A DNA stretch of 64,000 bases, taken from the NCBI RefSeq assembly GCF_021869535.1, contig NW_026262690.1, forward strand, positions 80,476,001 to 80,540,000, in the 5' to 3' direction. Of the stretch, positions 25,721 to 39,049 are shown piece after piece; positions within the stretch are counted from its first letter, which is position 1, and each line of letters starts with the position of its first letter. Source of the stretch: Mytilus californianus (taxonomy: Eukaryota). The notes under the pieces were generated by a model. The model was given only the letters and a program-made list of their open reading frames with translations, searched no databases and was not told the origin of the DNA. The position numbers and the translations under genes are program-made.

Positions 25721-26950
25721 AATAATTACTATAACAACAGAACTTTTATAGATTTTTTTTTGTCCTACAGGGAATTCAGAAGTGTTAATCTCTCTGAAAA
25801 ATACTAAATGATTAGTAACACATTAATTAAAACTTGCATCCCTTAATCTGGTGGCTTTATTTGTATACTGCATTTTACAAAATTACATTAAATGATCAAT
25901 TGACACACATTTTCATCTGTTGATCAACATAAGTAGAAATGAATGCATGCAATAATTTCTGAAGGTGTAGTTTTTGTTAACATAATGCTGGAGCATAGCA
26001 TAAATCCAAAGAAGACTTCTTGTATAATTTTGATACAATGTACACAACATAATATTAATTTCCTGCGATAAAAAAATAAAATTTTCTTTCGCCATCAACA
26101 AATTAATTAACTCACATAGCTCACTGCCATATGGATTTGATATTTTCCAACAGCAAGTTTATATTCCCATGATTAGTATTGCTTTTTTCCATGTTTTGTT
26201 CTAAATTCCATTATATTGCAAGACAGTTTCATATAAATGTTTATAAATCCTTCACTATTGTATTCTATCAGACTATTGTATTGACATTTAACTATTTGTT
26301 GCTTGACCTCATCTTACAGATCACTAATTAATTAATCAATAACAATTAGTGTAATTATTGTGACACAAACTCCAATTTCTGTTGCATTGGCATATGTATA
26401 CAGCCAGCTTTACAAATGTCACTTCTTAAAAATGCAACTAATTTGATATTTTTAGCAATGAAAGAAATTTTTCATAAGATGTGGTTAGATTGACAATAAC
26501 ACAACTGTCCACTGGAAGACCAAGGACAAGGATGTAAACACATACACATCACTGCTCAGCCAATAATGAAGTATGGTATTGGTAGCTAAAATGATTCTTA
26601 TAATATCATCTGTGTGTTTTTTTTTTTATTTGGAGGGAGGGGGGCAGGAGTTCACAAATAGAATTTTTCAAAGAAAATGAAAATCATCAACAGTTGTGCA
26701 TCATAGAAGGCTATTTATTAAAACTTGTAGATTTAAGGGAAGAAAACCTGTTGTAATATCATAGTATGTGGTCTATAAAAATAGTACATTTTGAATAGTA
26801 ATGCAGGATTAGACCATAAATTTTTACCAGAAAATCTGAGTAATGTCCCTTTTTACTGGTCGTCCTTCGATTAGCAGTTTATTACATCATAAGATTTGTT
26901 TACTTGTACTGTTTGGCAGTGAAGATGCTTTATAATTCATAGCAGGAAAA

Positions 26951-27363
26951 AAAGAATAAATTGCTTCGCTGAGCGCAGCTGGATACGGCTGCAGAGGTCC
27001 AACCCTGAACAGTTGGGGCAAAAATGGACGCAATATTCGCGCTTGATACAGGTCTGAATTTGGATTGTAATTAAATATCTGACACAGAATAACTGTAGTC
27101 AAAGAACTTAGAATTGGTTATATGATTCGAATTTATATTGTTGTTTTTATTTTATATTATTTATATGTTGCAAATTGTTGGTACCATAACCCCCAAAATC
27201 AATCCCAACCTTCCTTTTGTGGTATTGAACCTTATGGTAATATTTCATAGAGATCCATTCCCTTAAACTAAAGTTATTGTGCGAAAACCAATGTGTTTTC
27301 GGACGAAGACGCCGATGACGCCAACGTCATACGACCGCCAAAATTTTTTGCGCTCGTATAAAA
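26951..27363 (+). mobile_element. Family A HINE-like element, internally deleted short copy
   Basis: Same head as 165-330 and same tail as 2840-3062 (gacgccaacgtcatacgaccgcc..tttttgcgctcgtataaaaa). The 397-bp array is absent. Confidence 0.8.
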
Positions 27364-27882
27364 AGTAGATACAAAGTGATTTTGAGGATTCTTTTAAGGT
27401 TACACCAACACGCTTACAGTCAAGATTCATAAGAGGTTTGACTTCAATATGAAAATGTCTACCATAATGACATTTTATAAATAATTTGTTCTAAACATTG
27501 CTTCAATGAATACTAAATTGTTGCTTTGTGTTCTATCAAGAAACTTAATGCATATTGGTAATTTGAATATTTTTTCTAGTCATTACTCAATTAATGATGC
27601 TGAAGGGAAATTAAAATAATGGTAATGTAAAGCATAATCAAGGTTATCTTTTATTCATATCATGTTTTCAATGGTTTACACAGAATTTTCACTTAATTAA
27701 CAAGTACATTTTAAAGTTTGTTTTCAGAACTTATATCAATAGTTTTATAACCATCCAACCAATGTTGAATCCAAATTTATTATGAAATGTCCATATGATA
27801 CAAGTTTTCATATTGAAGTTAAACCTTTTTCATACTTGTGTGCTAAATAACAATGTGTTTTTTATTCACAATATGCATATTT

Positions 27883-28099
27883 CTGTAAATACAGAAATTA
27901 TTGCATGCATTTTTTATTGCGATTTTTGAAGATTGGACAAAAATGTAAGATTAATTTTTGCAATTTCAGGAAAATCTGCATACAGATATCATGGATATAT
28001 ATGTATCAGATATCACTATGTGAGTTCTTATTATTGCAATACTCACACAGTTGCATTATTAGCAATAATAAAACCTTGCAATAATTCATGAATTTACAG
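27883..28099. mobile_element. ~215-bp MITE (Tc1/mariner-like termini)
   Basis: TIRs ctgtaaatacagaaattattgc / gcaataattcatgaatttacag(ta). Confidence 0.65.
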
Positions 28100-28544
28100 T
28101 AATTACAAAGTCATATTAACTAAAGAGTCAATCATCAAAATTTGATGCAATGGAAATAGTTAATTACACTGAGCCTGCTTTACACCTATTCATACTACAA
28201 CTTGAGAATTCATCAAATATATCAGTGTTCTGGAAGTATAAACCTCTGCATGAGCACAGTAATACATGAATACATTTGTTCACTTGTTTATTCTCTTGAA
28301 TACCATCAATTGAAAGTTTCTGCCTAATTGTTGCTTTTCCCTTTTCAGGTTGTTTGAGGTGACTTATATTTGATTACAGAGTACAACTAGATTTGTAGAG
28401 AAATCCTTGTTTGAAAATTTATGACCTTGTAGGTTCAGTCTTTCACATAACAAATCAACAACTATTATGCTTTCAATTGTGTGTCAAATTCATTGAAAAC
28501 TGGATCCCTGTACATAGACTGTTTGTTTATTTCTTGCTTAATAT

Positions 28545-28749
28545 TGTAAATTCAGAAATTATTGCAAGGTTTTTATCAATGCGAATAATGCGACTGCGTT
28601 GGTATCGCAATAATAAGAACTCACATTTTGATATCTGATACATTATCTTTATGCAGATTTTTCTGAAATCGCAATAATTAATCTTGCATCTTTGTCAATT
28701 TTTCAAAAATCTCAAAATTAAATGCATGCAATAATTTCTGAATTCTCAG
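28545..28749. mobile_element. Second copy of the same MITE, in inverted orientation
   Basis: tgtaaattcagaaattattgc...gcaataatttctgaattctcagta. The internal sequence is the reverse complement of 27883-28099. Confidence 0.65.
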
Positions 28750-28827
28750 TACACACTGGAAATTATTTCATGCATATTCAGGACAACCTATAAATAAAAG
28801 TAGTTTCCCTGGAATAATAATACATAC

Positions 28828-29060
28828 ATCTTGGGACGTGGTTTCCTGTAATTCTGCTGTATATTCACTTCCAGATAATGATGGTGTTGGCTCTGTCTGG
28901 TATGCTTTATTGTCAAATATTAACTGCTGTTGTGAGCCTGAATCACATGGCATATCTCCTATGGCATTGCCAGTCGTGTCTTTTCTTTTTACAACAGTTT
29001 CTGTATCACTAGAGTCTACCAGTTGATCAGCTAATGAATCCTGGCTACTGGCAACAGGAT
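28828..29060 (-). CDS. SYT14: Synaptotagmin-14/16-like exon 4 (low-complexity linker)
   Basis: 233 nt, phase 1-0, GTATGT donor, open frame (D)PVASSQDSLADQLV...FDNKAYQTEPTPSLSGSEYTAELQETTSQD. Its phases fit both neighbours. Confidence 0.8.
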
Positions 29061-30329
29061 CTGTTATGATATAAAAAAGGTTTTAAGTTGAACTAGAGCC
29101 TGTTTTGTCCACCATGGTCCATGCATAACACAAAATCAATCATTATACCAATAATGTACAATTATGCTCATATTGGATATAATACTGATACCACACTCAC
29201 TTGTAATGATTCAAATGTGGTTAAATTTACCCAGTTAATTCAGGAGAAAATCTTTAATTCAACTATTAAAAGTCCAATCGAGTTGCAATAATACATAATA
29301 TACTGGTATATGTAGGGAAATTCATAAACAAAGCACATAATCTTAGGAAAATCAGAGCACTGGTGGATGGGTAAGATGTCAAGAATTCATCAAATATATT
29401 TTGGAACAGCTGTCATGTATCATTTAGCTTAATTTTAGACCTTGTGAGGATTTTTTAAAAATAATTGTTTTGACTTCTGTTATATTTTTGGAAATGACCA
29501 CAGCTACGTTCGATAACTAATGGTAATTATCATTTGTCTTAAAGCATCAATAACACCTATTAGTGCCTGACGAGATTTTGTGAGGAAGATTAATCAGGTT
29601 TTAAAACATCGAATAATAGAAAAACAAAGGATATTGGGTATCCATCCATGACACAAAATCAGTACATGCACAGCAAAAAACACACAAAAAGCAAAGGAAC
29701 AGTGCTTTTATTGCTGTTCTTCATCTCAAAGTCACAGTGAGGCCTTAGTCTTATATCGTTTAGAAATGGGATGTTATATTTTGACATGTTTTACTGACTA
29801 CTTCCATTTGGATTAACAAGCATCACAAACATTTAACCAAAGTATGTTAGCAATTGCAACTTTACTGATATTTTTCAGAATTTTTTTAATGAACTATTCT
29901 ATTTTAGTTGCAACTAAGTTTGAAGGCTACTGGGGTGTTCAACCATAAGCCTTTAAGAGAATCATAAATATTTATCATTCAAAATAAGAAAGGTACCAAT
30001 TAACCAGCAGTCAAATATTTAATTTTAAGGTGAGGTGGACACTTAAAGCTAAAAGATGTAAACATAAATTTGAAATTAAAGTTGATCACTGTTTCAATTT
30101 GGGTATAGGAAATAAAGACTCCAGCTGGCACTAAAGTTGGCTCTAAGTTTTTCAAACTGCCGACAAAATATAGCAGCTGGTGCTTTTTCTGGCTCCAACT
30201 TTTTTTGGAGCCAGAGCAGCCTCTGTGGTGGTCATGAAATTGTTCAGATGATGGTTGAGATTATCAACAATACTATTAAAAGGCCATCAACAATACATTA
30301 TTTTCAAAACTTGGCAGCTATATGACCTT

Positions 30330-30530
30330 AAGCAGGATCTGCTTACCCTTCGAGAGCACCCCCGGTTTTAGTTGGGGTTCAAGTTGCTTAGTCTTTAGTT
30401 TTCTTTTTTTTTGTGTTTTGTATACTGTTGTTGGTCTTTTTCTCTTTTTTCCATGGCGTTGTCAGTTTATTTTCAACTTACATGTATGAGTTTGAATGTA
30501 CCTTTGGTATCTTTTGCCTTTGTTTTACTG
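30330..30530 (+). mobile_element. Dispersed repeat: 3' end of the Penelope-like family
   Basis: gcaggatctgcttaccctt..gagcacc..ccatggcgttgtcagtttattttcaactt..ctttggtatc is shared with 40385, and in reverse with 12228 and 62925. Confidence 0.65.
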
Positions 30531-32060
30531 CATCTGTCAGGATTTTTTAATAATAGAATATTTTATTCAATTTTACATCTATCACCTTTTTTTTGTGTAA
30601 CTTCACCCATGTTTTTTTTATCAGCAAAAACATCAGACTAAATTTTTAAACTAGATACCTTAGGGATCATTATGATAAAGTTTAGTTTCTATCTGCCTAA
30701 CAGTTTGAGAATAGAACTATTCAAAGGTTTATGCTGGTCAATAAACAAATGCCAAATGGTGAGAAAAGCCCACACTGGTCCATTGAGCCAGTCCGTTTCT
30801 GACCTTACTTAGTTCATTTCTTAAAGACTTTGCTTTACATATTCTATGTATTTTGAACTGCAATGTATGAGAAATTTACTACAGTCATTGTATGATGTAT
30901 GTTATATATCAGGATTCCCAAGAGATGAAAACTAAATTTTGTTAATATTTCTCCAAGGATTCATTGCCAAAACAATTCTGTTTAAACAGAAGAAATGGAT
31001 TTTGTTAATCATAGTTTACTACCATTTTTGTCATTTCAGCATATCCTGTTGTCTCTAGTGCTTTCTGGAAAGGTGTTAGGTGTTGGGAAAGATAAATGTT
31101 TTTTAATATCTAAGACTTCAAAATATTTTAGAATTAATAAATTCTACTCTATAACTTCCTGAATAATTAATCAGTACTTAAGATGGTTAGAATGCTGGCA
31201 ATAATTTCACAGCATTGTACTAATAGAACATTTCTCAAAGAAAACAAATCTCCTGTGCTTTAGCAGGAATTTAATAAATCTTAATCTTTCTTTTGAATGA
31301 CACCCGTAGTTTTAGTCATTTTAATTTCTTAACATCTGTATATTTTTTTGTTGGTCTCATTTACAAGAAGAGGAAATACAAGAGCATGTGGAATGCCATC
31401 AACCTTCAATGAGTCACTATAACACTACTAGTTTTACATATTATTAAATAAAGTGAACTTGCCATATTTGAAAATGATATTGAGCAAATATTTTACGTTA
31501 AACACTGTGGTAACAGCATCAAATGTATTTGTGAAAGTACAGAATGTCTTTGTGTTTTGTTAACTGCTTTTTCTTGTTACTCTTGATTGTGTTAATACTG
31601 AACTATGTTACTTTTGTTTTTTTACTTGGCCCATATGTGTTCAATTAGCAAACAAAGTTATAGTTATAGCTATGTATAACAATGTATAAAAGAGAATCAG
31701 ACTGATGTTTAAAAATACATGAACTAAAACTATGAAGCATGATATAATATAATTGTCTGCCATTTTTCTAACATTCATCACTTCAAATTAATTTCAATTG
31801 TTGATGGGCATGTCTCTATATTCAATAAGAATATATTAACTCAGTTTCACAACTCACTGATATTATAAAGTACATTTTATAATAGTATATATGTTAATGT
31901 AATTATATGACTTCAATCAATACAATAATTTTGACATTTTAAGTCCAATTCTTTCACTTTTCTAATGGAGTATCTCTATGGAAATAAACTTGCTATGCTG
32001 TAGCCAAATGCCTTCCACCCTCTCTATTACATGTATACGGTAGTTTTCAAGACAATACAC

Positions 32061-33883
32061 AACAAGAGTGCACACGCTGAAATGTCTCGCCTTCTTTACT
32101 AATCATTGATATTATGTTGATAGTCCTAAATATAAAGCTTTATTACAACTGTCACATAAACTTAACATTAACCAAGTAAACTAAACATTGACCAATGAAC
32201 CATGAAAATGAGGTCAAGGTCAGATGAACCATGCTAGGCAGGCATGTACAGCTAACAATTCTTCCATACAACAAATAGAGTTGACCTATTGCTTATAGTT
32301 TAAGAAAAACAGACCAAAACACAAAAACTTAACACTGAGCAATGAACCTTGAAAATGAGTTCAAGGTCAAATAAAACCTGCGTGACTGCCAAATAGATCA
32401 TAAAATATTTCCATACACCAAATATAGTTGAACTATTGCATATAGTATAAGAAAAACAGACCAAAACACAAAATTTTAACTATAACCACTGAACCATGAA
32501 AATGAGGTCAAGGTCAGATGACACCTGCCAGTTGGACATGTACACCTTACAGTCCTTCCATACACCAAATATACTAGACCTATTGCTTATAGTATCTGAG
32601 ATATGGACTTGACCACCAAAACTTAACCTTGTTCATTGATCCATGAAATGAGGTCGAGGTCAAGTGAAAACTGTCTGAAGGGCATGAGGACCTTGCAAGG
32701 TACGCACATACCAAATATAGTTGAACTATTGCACATAGTATTAGAAAAAAAGACCAAAACTCAAAAACTTAACTTTGACCACTGAACCATGAAAATAAGG
32801 TCAAGGTCAGATGACACCTGCCCGCTAGACATGTACACCTTACAATCATTCCATACACCAAATATAGTAGACCTATGGCATACAGTATAAGAAAAACAGA
32901 CCAAAACACAAAAACCTAACTATAACCACTGAACCATGAAAATGAGGTCAAGGTCAGATGACACCTGCCAGTTGGACATGTACACCTTACAGTCCTTCCA
33001 TACACCGAATATACTAGACCTATTGCTTATAGTATCTGAGATATGGACTTGACCACCAAAACTTAACCTTGTTCATTGATCCATGAAATGAGGTCGAGGT
33101 CAAGTGAAAACTGTCTGACGGGCATGAGGACCTTGCAAGGTACGCACATACCAAATATAGTTGAACTATTGCACATAGTATTAGAAAAAAAGACCAAAAC
33201 TCAAAAACTTAACTTTGACCACTGAACCATGAAAATGAGGTCAAGGTCAGATGACACCTGCCCGCTAGACATGTACACCTTACAATCATTCCATACACCA
33301 AATATAGTAGACCTATGGCATACAGTATAAGAAATACAGACCAAAACACAAAAACTTAACTATAACCACTGAACCATGAAAATGAGGCCAAGGTCAGATG
33401 ACACCTGCCAGTTGGACATGTACACCTTACAGTCCTTCCATACACCGAATATACTAGACCTATTGCTTATAGTATCTGAGATATGGACTTGACCACCAAA
33501 ACTTAACCTTGTTCACTGATCCATGAAATGAGGTCGAGGTCAAGTGAAAACTGTCTGACGGGCATGAGGACCTTGCAAGGTACGCACATACCAAATATAG
33601 TTATCTTATTACTTATAATAAGAGAGAATCTAACATTACAAAAAATCTTAACTTTTTTTTCAAGTAGTCACTGAACCATGAAAATGAGGTCAAGGACATT
33701 GGACATGTGACTGACGGAAACTTCGTAACATGAGGCATCCATATACAAAGTATGAAGCATCCAGACCTTCCACCTTCTAAAATATAAAGCTTTTAAGAAG
33801 TTAGCTAACGCCGCCGCCGCCGCCGCCGCCGGATCGCTATCCCTATGTCGAGCTTTCTGCGACAAAAGTCGCAGGCTCGACAA
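32061..33883 (+). mobile_element. HINE-like element, family C, with a 440-bp three-monomer higher-order array
   Basis: Starts aacaagagtgcacacgc. About 11 monomers of ~147 bp carry gaggtcaaggtc. Marker atatggactt occurs at 32601, 33041 and 33481. A (GCC)n microsatellite precedes the terminal hairpin tgtcgagc..ctgcgac-aaaa-gtcgcag..gctcgaca. Confidence 0.8.
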
Positions 33884-34174
33884 AAATGAAAAAGATTGGT
33901 AAGGGCAATAACTCCTTTAAGAAGTTGTCGGTGAAGTTGACATAAATGGACATTAGGTAAATCTCAACATTCTGAAAATGTCTGTCCTTGTCAGAGACCT
34001 CGACCAGCCCTTTGGACACACTGAGCTAAAAAACAATCACTCTATTTCAGGTATTCATTCAGTCAACAAAATGGCTGTGACACAATACCAATAAAAGCCA
34101 CATGTCTTTTAAAAATAGTACTGAACCATTTACATGATGGGAAACACATGGTAAGGGTTAATATTACTACCCAC

Positions 34175-34333
34175 CTTTACGACTAAGTCGCCTGCCTGCT
34201 TTACCACTTTTGCTACTTTTAATACTGTGCAGTGTGTCTGAACGTTTTATACTATGTGCCTTATGAAACTTGTTTTGCATCTCATCATCGCTATCACTAG
34301 ACGATTCTTCATCCTCATAGGCAAAAGCACTTC
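34175..34333 (-). CDS. SYT14: Synaptotagmin-14/16-like exon 3
   Basis: 159 nt, phase 1-1. Translates (G)SAFAYEDEESSSDSDDEMQNKFHKAHSIKRSDTLHSIKSSKSGKAGRRLSRK; compare the recalled SYT14 segment SSSESEDEALGKYHEA. Confidence 0.9.
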
Positions 34334-37300
34334 CTGTAATAAAGTTAATATATGTACTGACCACATCCAAAACATCCAAACTATCCTGTAATTGACAGTC
34401 TCACTGCTACCAATATTCTTAATGTTTAATATCTATCATCAATACATTATGATACAGTCTGTTTATATGTATAACTTCTGTATCAATTTTATCCAAAGCT
34501 ATTTAAACAGCTGCTTGGTATTTAAATAAATACGGGGTATTCACCATTGCAACTGGCTTGTTTTGGGTGACTTTACCTTAGATTTATCTAAGTTCAAACT
34601 AAGCAATTTAAACTTTGATACAATTAAAATAGAATTCAAAACTTGAACAAATGAGTGGATAACATAAGTATAGTTACAGTTGTAAGATTAATTCACATGA
34701 ATAAAAAGGAAACTTGGGTACAAAAAATGTACATGTCAATGAGGCTGCAACCTAAAAACACAAAACAGTAAACTTTCTTGTTAAGTTGTTCGCCTTTTTC
34801 AATTAGTGATTTCTACCTCTACCAGTAATCAAAGATCAAACTTCTGCAATTGTCTATATGGGGTAGCTAACTCACTTCAACTGAAAGGGATTGTCAGTTC
34901 AATCATTGGCAAGTTAAATGAAGGACTTTGAAGCTGGTATTTTCTACCTATCCTCCCAGCATTTCAGAATAAGGAGGAAGATTGGTTGACTCAAGAGTCA
35001 GAATAAGGTGTATAGGTAGGGTGGAATTTTCATGGAATATAAGTTCCTTTTTTATATTAGTTCCAAATGAAAGAAACATTCTTGAATATTATTTCCACTG
35101 AAAGAAATATAGTACAGTATTTGTTCCTGACAGAACAAAGGGTATGGAATATTTGTCCCAACAGGACTGAAACTTTGACACACATATTCTTCCTAGCATG
35201 AAGGTATAGTGCAAAATGTGGAAAATTCATAAGACATTTTTATGTTAATTCAAAGGTCAATGTTAGTTCATGTTTGTCATATTTGTTTTTTGTTATTTGT
35301 ATTGTATAAATAACTCCGTTGTTTTTCTCTTTAAATATATTTCACATTTTTCATGTCAGCGCCTTTCATAGAAGACTATACAGAATGAGTTTTTCATTGT
35401 TGAAGGCCGAATGGTTACCTATAATTGCTTTTATCCTCGTCTTTTGAACTCTGGTTGATAGTTGTCTCATAGGCAATCATACCATATCTTTACTTTCATA
35501 TTAATATTACTTCAAGATCAAATGTGGCCAAAAGGTCAACTGCATCTAAGTTAAAGTAAGGTTACATGCTTATCTATTCTTCTAACTATCCCCAACAGAT
35601 TGAATAATTAAATCAACTGAAAGCAATTTCAGGACAGACATTCCTTAGCAATCAAATAAATAACTGTTTGACTTTATTTGCTTATGCTTTTAATTAAAAC
35701 ATGTTTTATACAAAATTCTCATTTCTCTTGAAATCATCCATGTTCATAACAATATAACATACAGTACAACTTAGTTACCTGATTTTTATTTTATTTTTTA
35801 TCAATATTGAAGTCATTTTATAAAACATTAATCAGAGTTTACATGGGACTGCTTAAACTTAATTTTAATGGTCCCGATGGAAAAGGGTATTGATTTATGG
35901 TGTACAAGGCATAACAATCTTTTACCAACATTGTTTTAGCCGCAAACCTTTTAACCTTCAGATGGCTTGTGCAAATATTGTTTTTTGTAATTCTTTGGGT
36001 ATTAAATATAGTAAACAGTATTAATAAATCAATATTTTTTTCTTTTTCAGGTGAAAAAAAAGCAAAAGTAAAAACGTTTTTATTTCTAACACTCTCAAGT
36101 CCTTGTCAGCAAGTCTACTTTCTACTTAAAATATGTAAAAGAGAAATATTTAAAACATTACACTAAGAAACTAGTATTCATTTTTCTGTCATGGGTATCA
36201 GTTATTTTGTATTACATAAAGACCTTTCTTCTATCATGAGCATGTTTAGACTGTGAGCAACAGGAAGGTTTGAGGACAATCTGATTAAAATGCAGATCCT
36301 ATGTCCACCCTTTGCTTACAAGCATCCGTCTATTCTAGTAATGAAAACATCAGCCGATGAAACTTCTGCCTCCAACCTTTTTAAGGTATGTATCATTACA
36401 ACAAAAAAAAAGAACCCTGGAAAGTCTTTAAAACAGAAAGTAGAATGTAGCCCTTTCAGATCCTTGTAAGTAAAGGATGGACACAGGATCTGTAATTTTT
36501 TAAAGGTTGGTTTGAGGAATAAACAAAATAAATGTTTCCAAATAATGCAATATGCATCCTAAAGTTAAACTTATGTCAATGATATTGAGAATATGCTATT
36601 ATCAATTAATAATAAACAAAGCCATGTAATATTATATTTGCTTATTCTATAAACAGTTTCAACACTACCTTTAGTATGACCATTATTAGGTTTATCAAGA
36701 CTCTGACTTTCATATCATATTATTGAAGTTTAATTTTGAAACAATTTACTTGTCTCCATAATTTTCACAAACTTACTCTCAGCAGATTTATCTATGTAGA
36801 CCTATATGAATGAAGTCAAGCATCTTTTGCTTGAAAAACTAAATGACAGTCATGTACTGGTCAAAGTTGGGTGATTAACTAATAATTCAAATTTGAAAGA
36901 AAAACAACCCACCAAAATTAATCTTATTTTGTTTTTCAATTTAATAGTTTGTTTTTCAAATTTGAATTACCGGGGTATTACTAAATAATACATTTATATC
37001 CGGACTTTAGTTTATAAAATTACTGTCAGCTATGAAAGACCACATCACCATTATCCAGCAATGAACTATCATCATTTTGACAAATACATTAGCATTGTAA
37101 AATTTCCATTTTTTAAGAATCATAATCCAACTTTCAAAATTCTACACATAATTGTCTCTTCAAAGAAAATCATCTGACAGCAAGTGATTTATTCATAACT
37201 TCTTTATTTACATCTACAAAAACATAGTCTGCTTTTTAGTGCAAGAATTAAGGGTTAAAAAAATCACCTGATTTCTGAATATTCACACAATGCTTGGACA

Positions 37301-37621
37301 CAGTAACTTATAAACAAATTCAAAAAATATAAAATTTATTTGCATGTCCTAAGCAAGATAATTTACCACATGCAATCAATCTCTAAATACTATAAAAGAG
37401 ACTAAAATGTAGATTTCCTGGAACCTTCTTACAACACCTATTTTTCTCACAATTTAAATTCAAAAAGTGTACAAATGACCTATCTGTTTCTTTACCTAGA
37501 AGCAATGCATTGTCCGTTCCATTCCATTTATACATAATCTGTTATATAACATTCCTATATGGCTGGTCAGTAAATATAACGAATGAATAATTAATAAAAT
37601 CAATTGAAATGTAGCTCTTAC

Positions 37622-37784
37622 CATTCTTGTCCGTAGAATCTTCCTTTTTCACTTCCTCATACTTCAAATTTTTATTATTTTTAGGAGTTTTATGTTTGTC
37701 CACAGATTTTTTCCTGAATAGTCCACAACAAGAAAATAGTTGTGTCTTTTCACCAGTATCAAAGCTTAGTATCTTTCTAAACAT
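37622..37784 (-). CDS. Candidate alternative first coding exon of the synaptotagmin gene (no TM helix, Cys-Cys motif)
   Basis: ATG 37784 follows an in-frame stop upstream. Translates MFRKILSFDTGEKTQLFSCCGLFRKKSVDKHKTPKNNKNLKYEEVKKEDSTDKN, then a G|GTAAGA phase-1 donor compatible with exon 3. Confidence 0.55.
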
Positions 37785-39049
37785 CTCAATAATAGCTTTT
37801 TCATTATCATTGATTATTCTGCGTACTTTTAAGACAATAATCAGAATTTATGTGCACCGTGGGAATCATTATTCCAAAAAGGTATGATACATACCCTGTT
37901 TCTATCTGAATATCATAGCTAATAAACTGACAAAACTCGAAGGAAATCAACAATCCATAGTCTTTAACCTCGCTTATCCAAAAATATAAATAAAATTTAT
38001 TATTAAGATACATGAACTCATTAGGCTTTCGAGATGTGACACTATAATGTCTTTTTTCCTTTCACCTATAGTCATGCAAGATGCAGATAATTAGAACTGT
38101 AACAAAACATAAGAAACTTTCTAACAATATCAATTATTAATAGGATTCCGGGTTGTCAATATACATGTCAAAAACTATCATGTGTTGATTATTAAGGTGA
38201 TTCATAACTGTTTTACTCCAACGAGTTAGAATGAGTCTTGAATAAGTATCCTGTTTGTTCTATTGTAGTAACAGACATTAATTTCATCAACTGAAGATCA
38301 CAAATATTGTCATCCAATCAGAGACATACAATACAAAAGCTTTTGAAAAATAAGTCTCTCTGGAATCTGTGTTGCTTACCTGGCACATTACAATAAATTT
38401 ATTTACTAAACTTTTTATGATTGAATGGAGGACTGAGATTGGAGAAAGGACTTTAATGTTGTTTGATTAGCATCTAGTGGCAAATATTTCATGCATATTC
38501 TGATCATGACTGGGAGAAAAGGGGTGGTAAAGGAGTTTATTGTTTAACGGATGACTCTGGGATATGATTGACTGTTGTTTGTTTAACATCCGGAGAAAAA
38601 TATTGCATGCATATTCTGGTCAGACATCCTAGATAAATGAAAATTAAAATTTCCTGTATTGTAAATGATTCTCTTCTTATATATGTACCTCAGATTAAAT
38701 GAAAAGGATTGGTAAATGTGAAAAAAGAGTAACTCAATATAAGCCATACTCCTTGATCCAGTACGGTTTGTCATCAGAACAGCAGATACCCCGGTAAATG
38801 AAGTTCTAATATCATACTAAATATGAGAAAAAAATAACATCAAAGGAGATTGTACATGAAGGACAAGGACACGTTCTGGACCCATTGAATTAAAAAAAAA
38901 ACCTCATGGCATTATAGGTCTATCAAATAACCTCCCTATAATGTGTATGCATAAATATTTATTGTTGTGTCAATAGATATAAGAAGATGGGGTATGAGTT
39001 TCAATGAGACAACTCTCCATCCAAGTCACAATTTGTAAAAGTACCAAAA

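Noticed and set aside
33668-33883. Poly-alanine ORF
   Set aside because: It is a translation of the (GCC)n microsatellite and the terminus of the family C element.
36049-36390. Plus-strand acceptor (ttttcag) and donor (aag|gtatgt), suggesting an antisense exon
   Set aside because: No coding signal or partner exons; such sites are common by chance in AT-rich introns.
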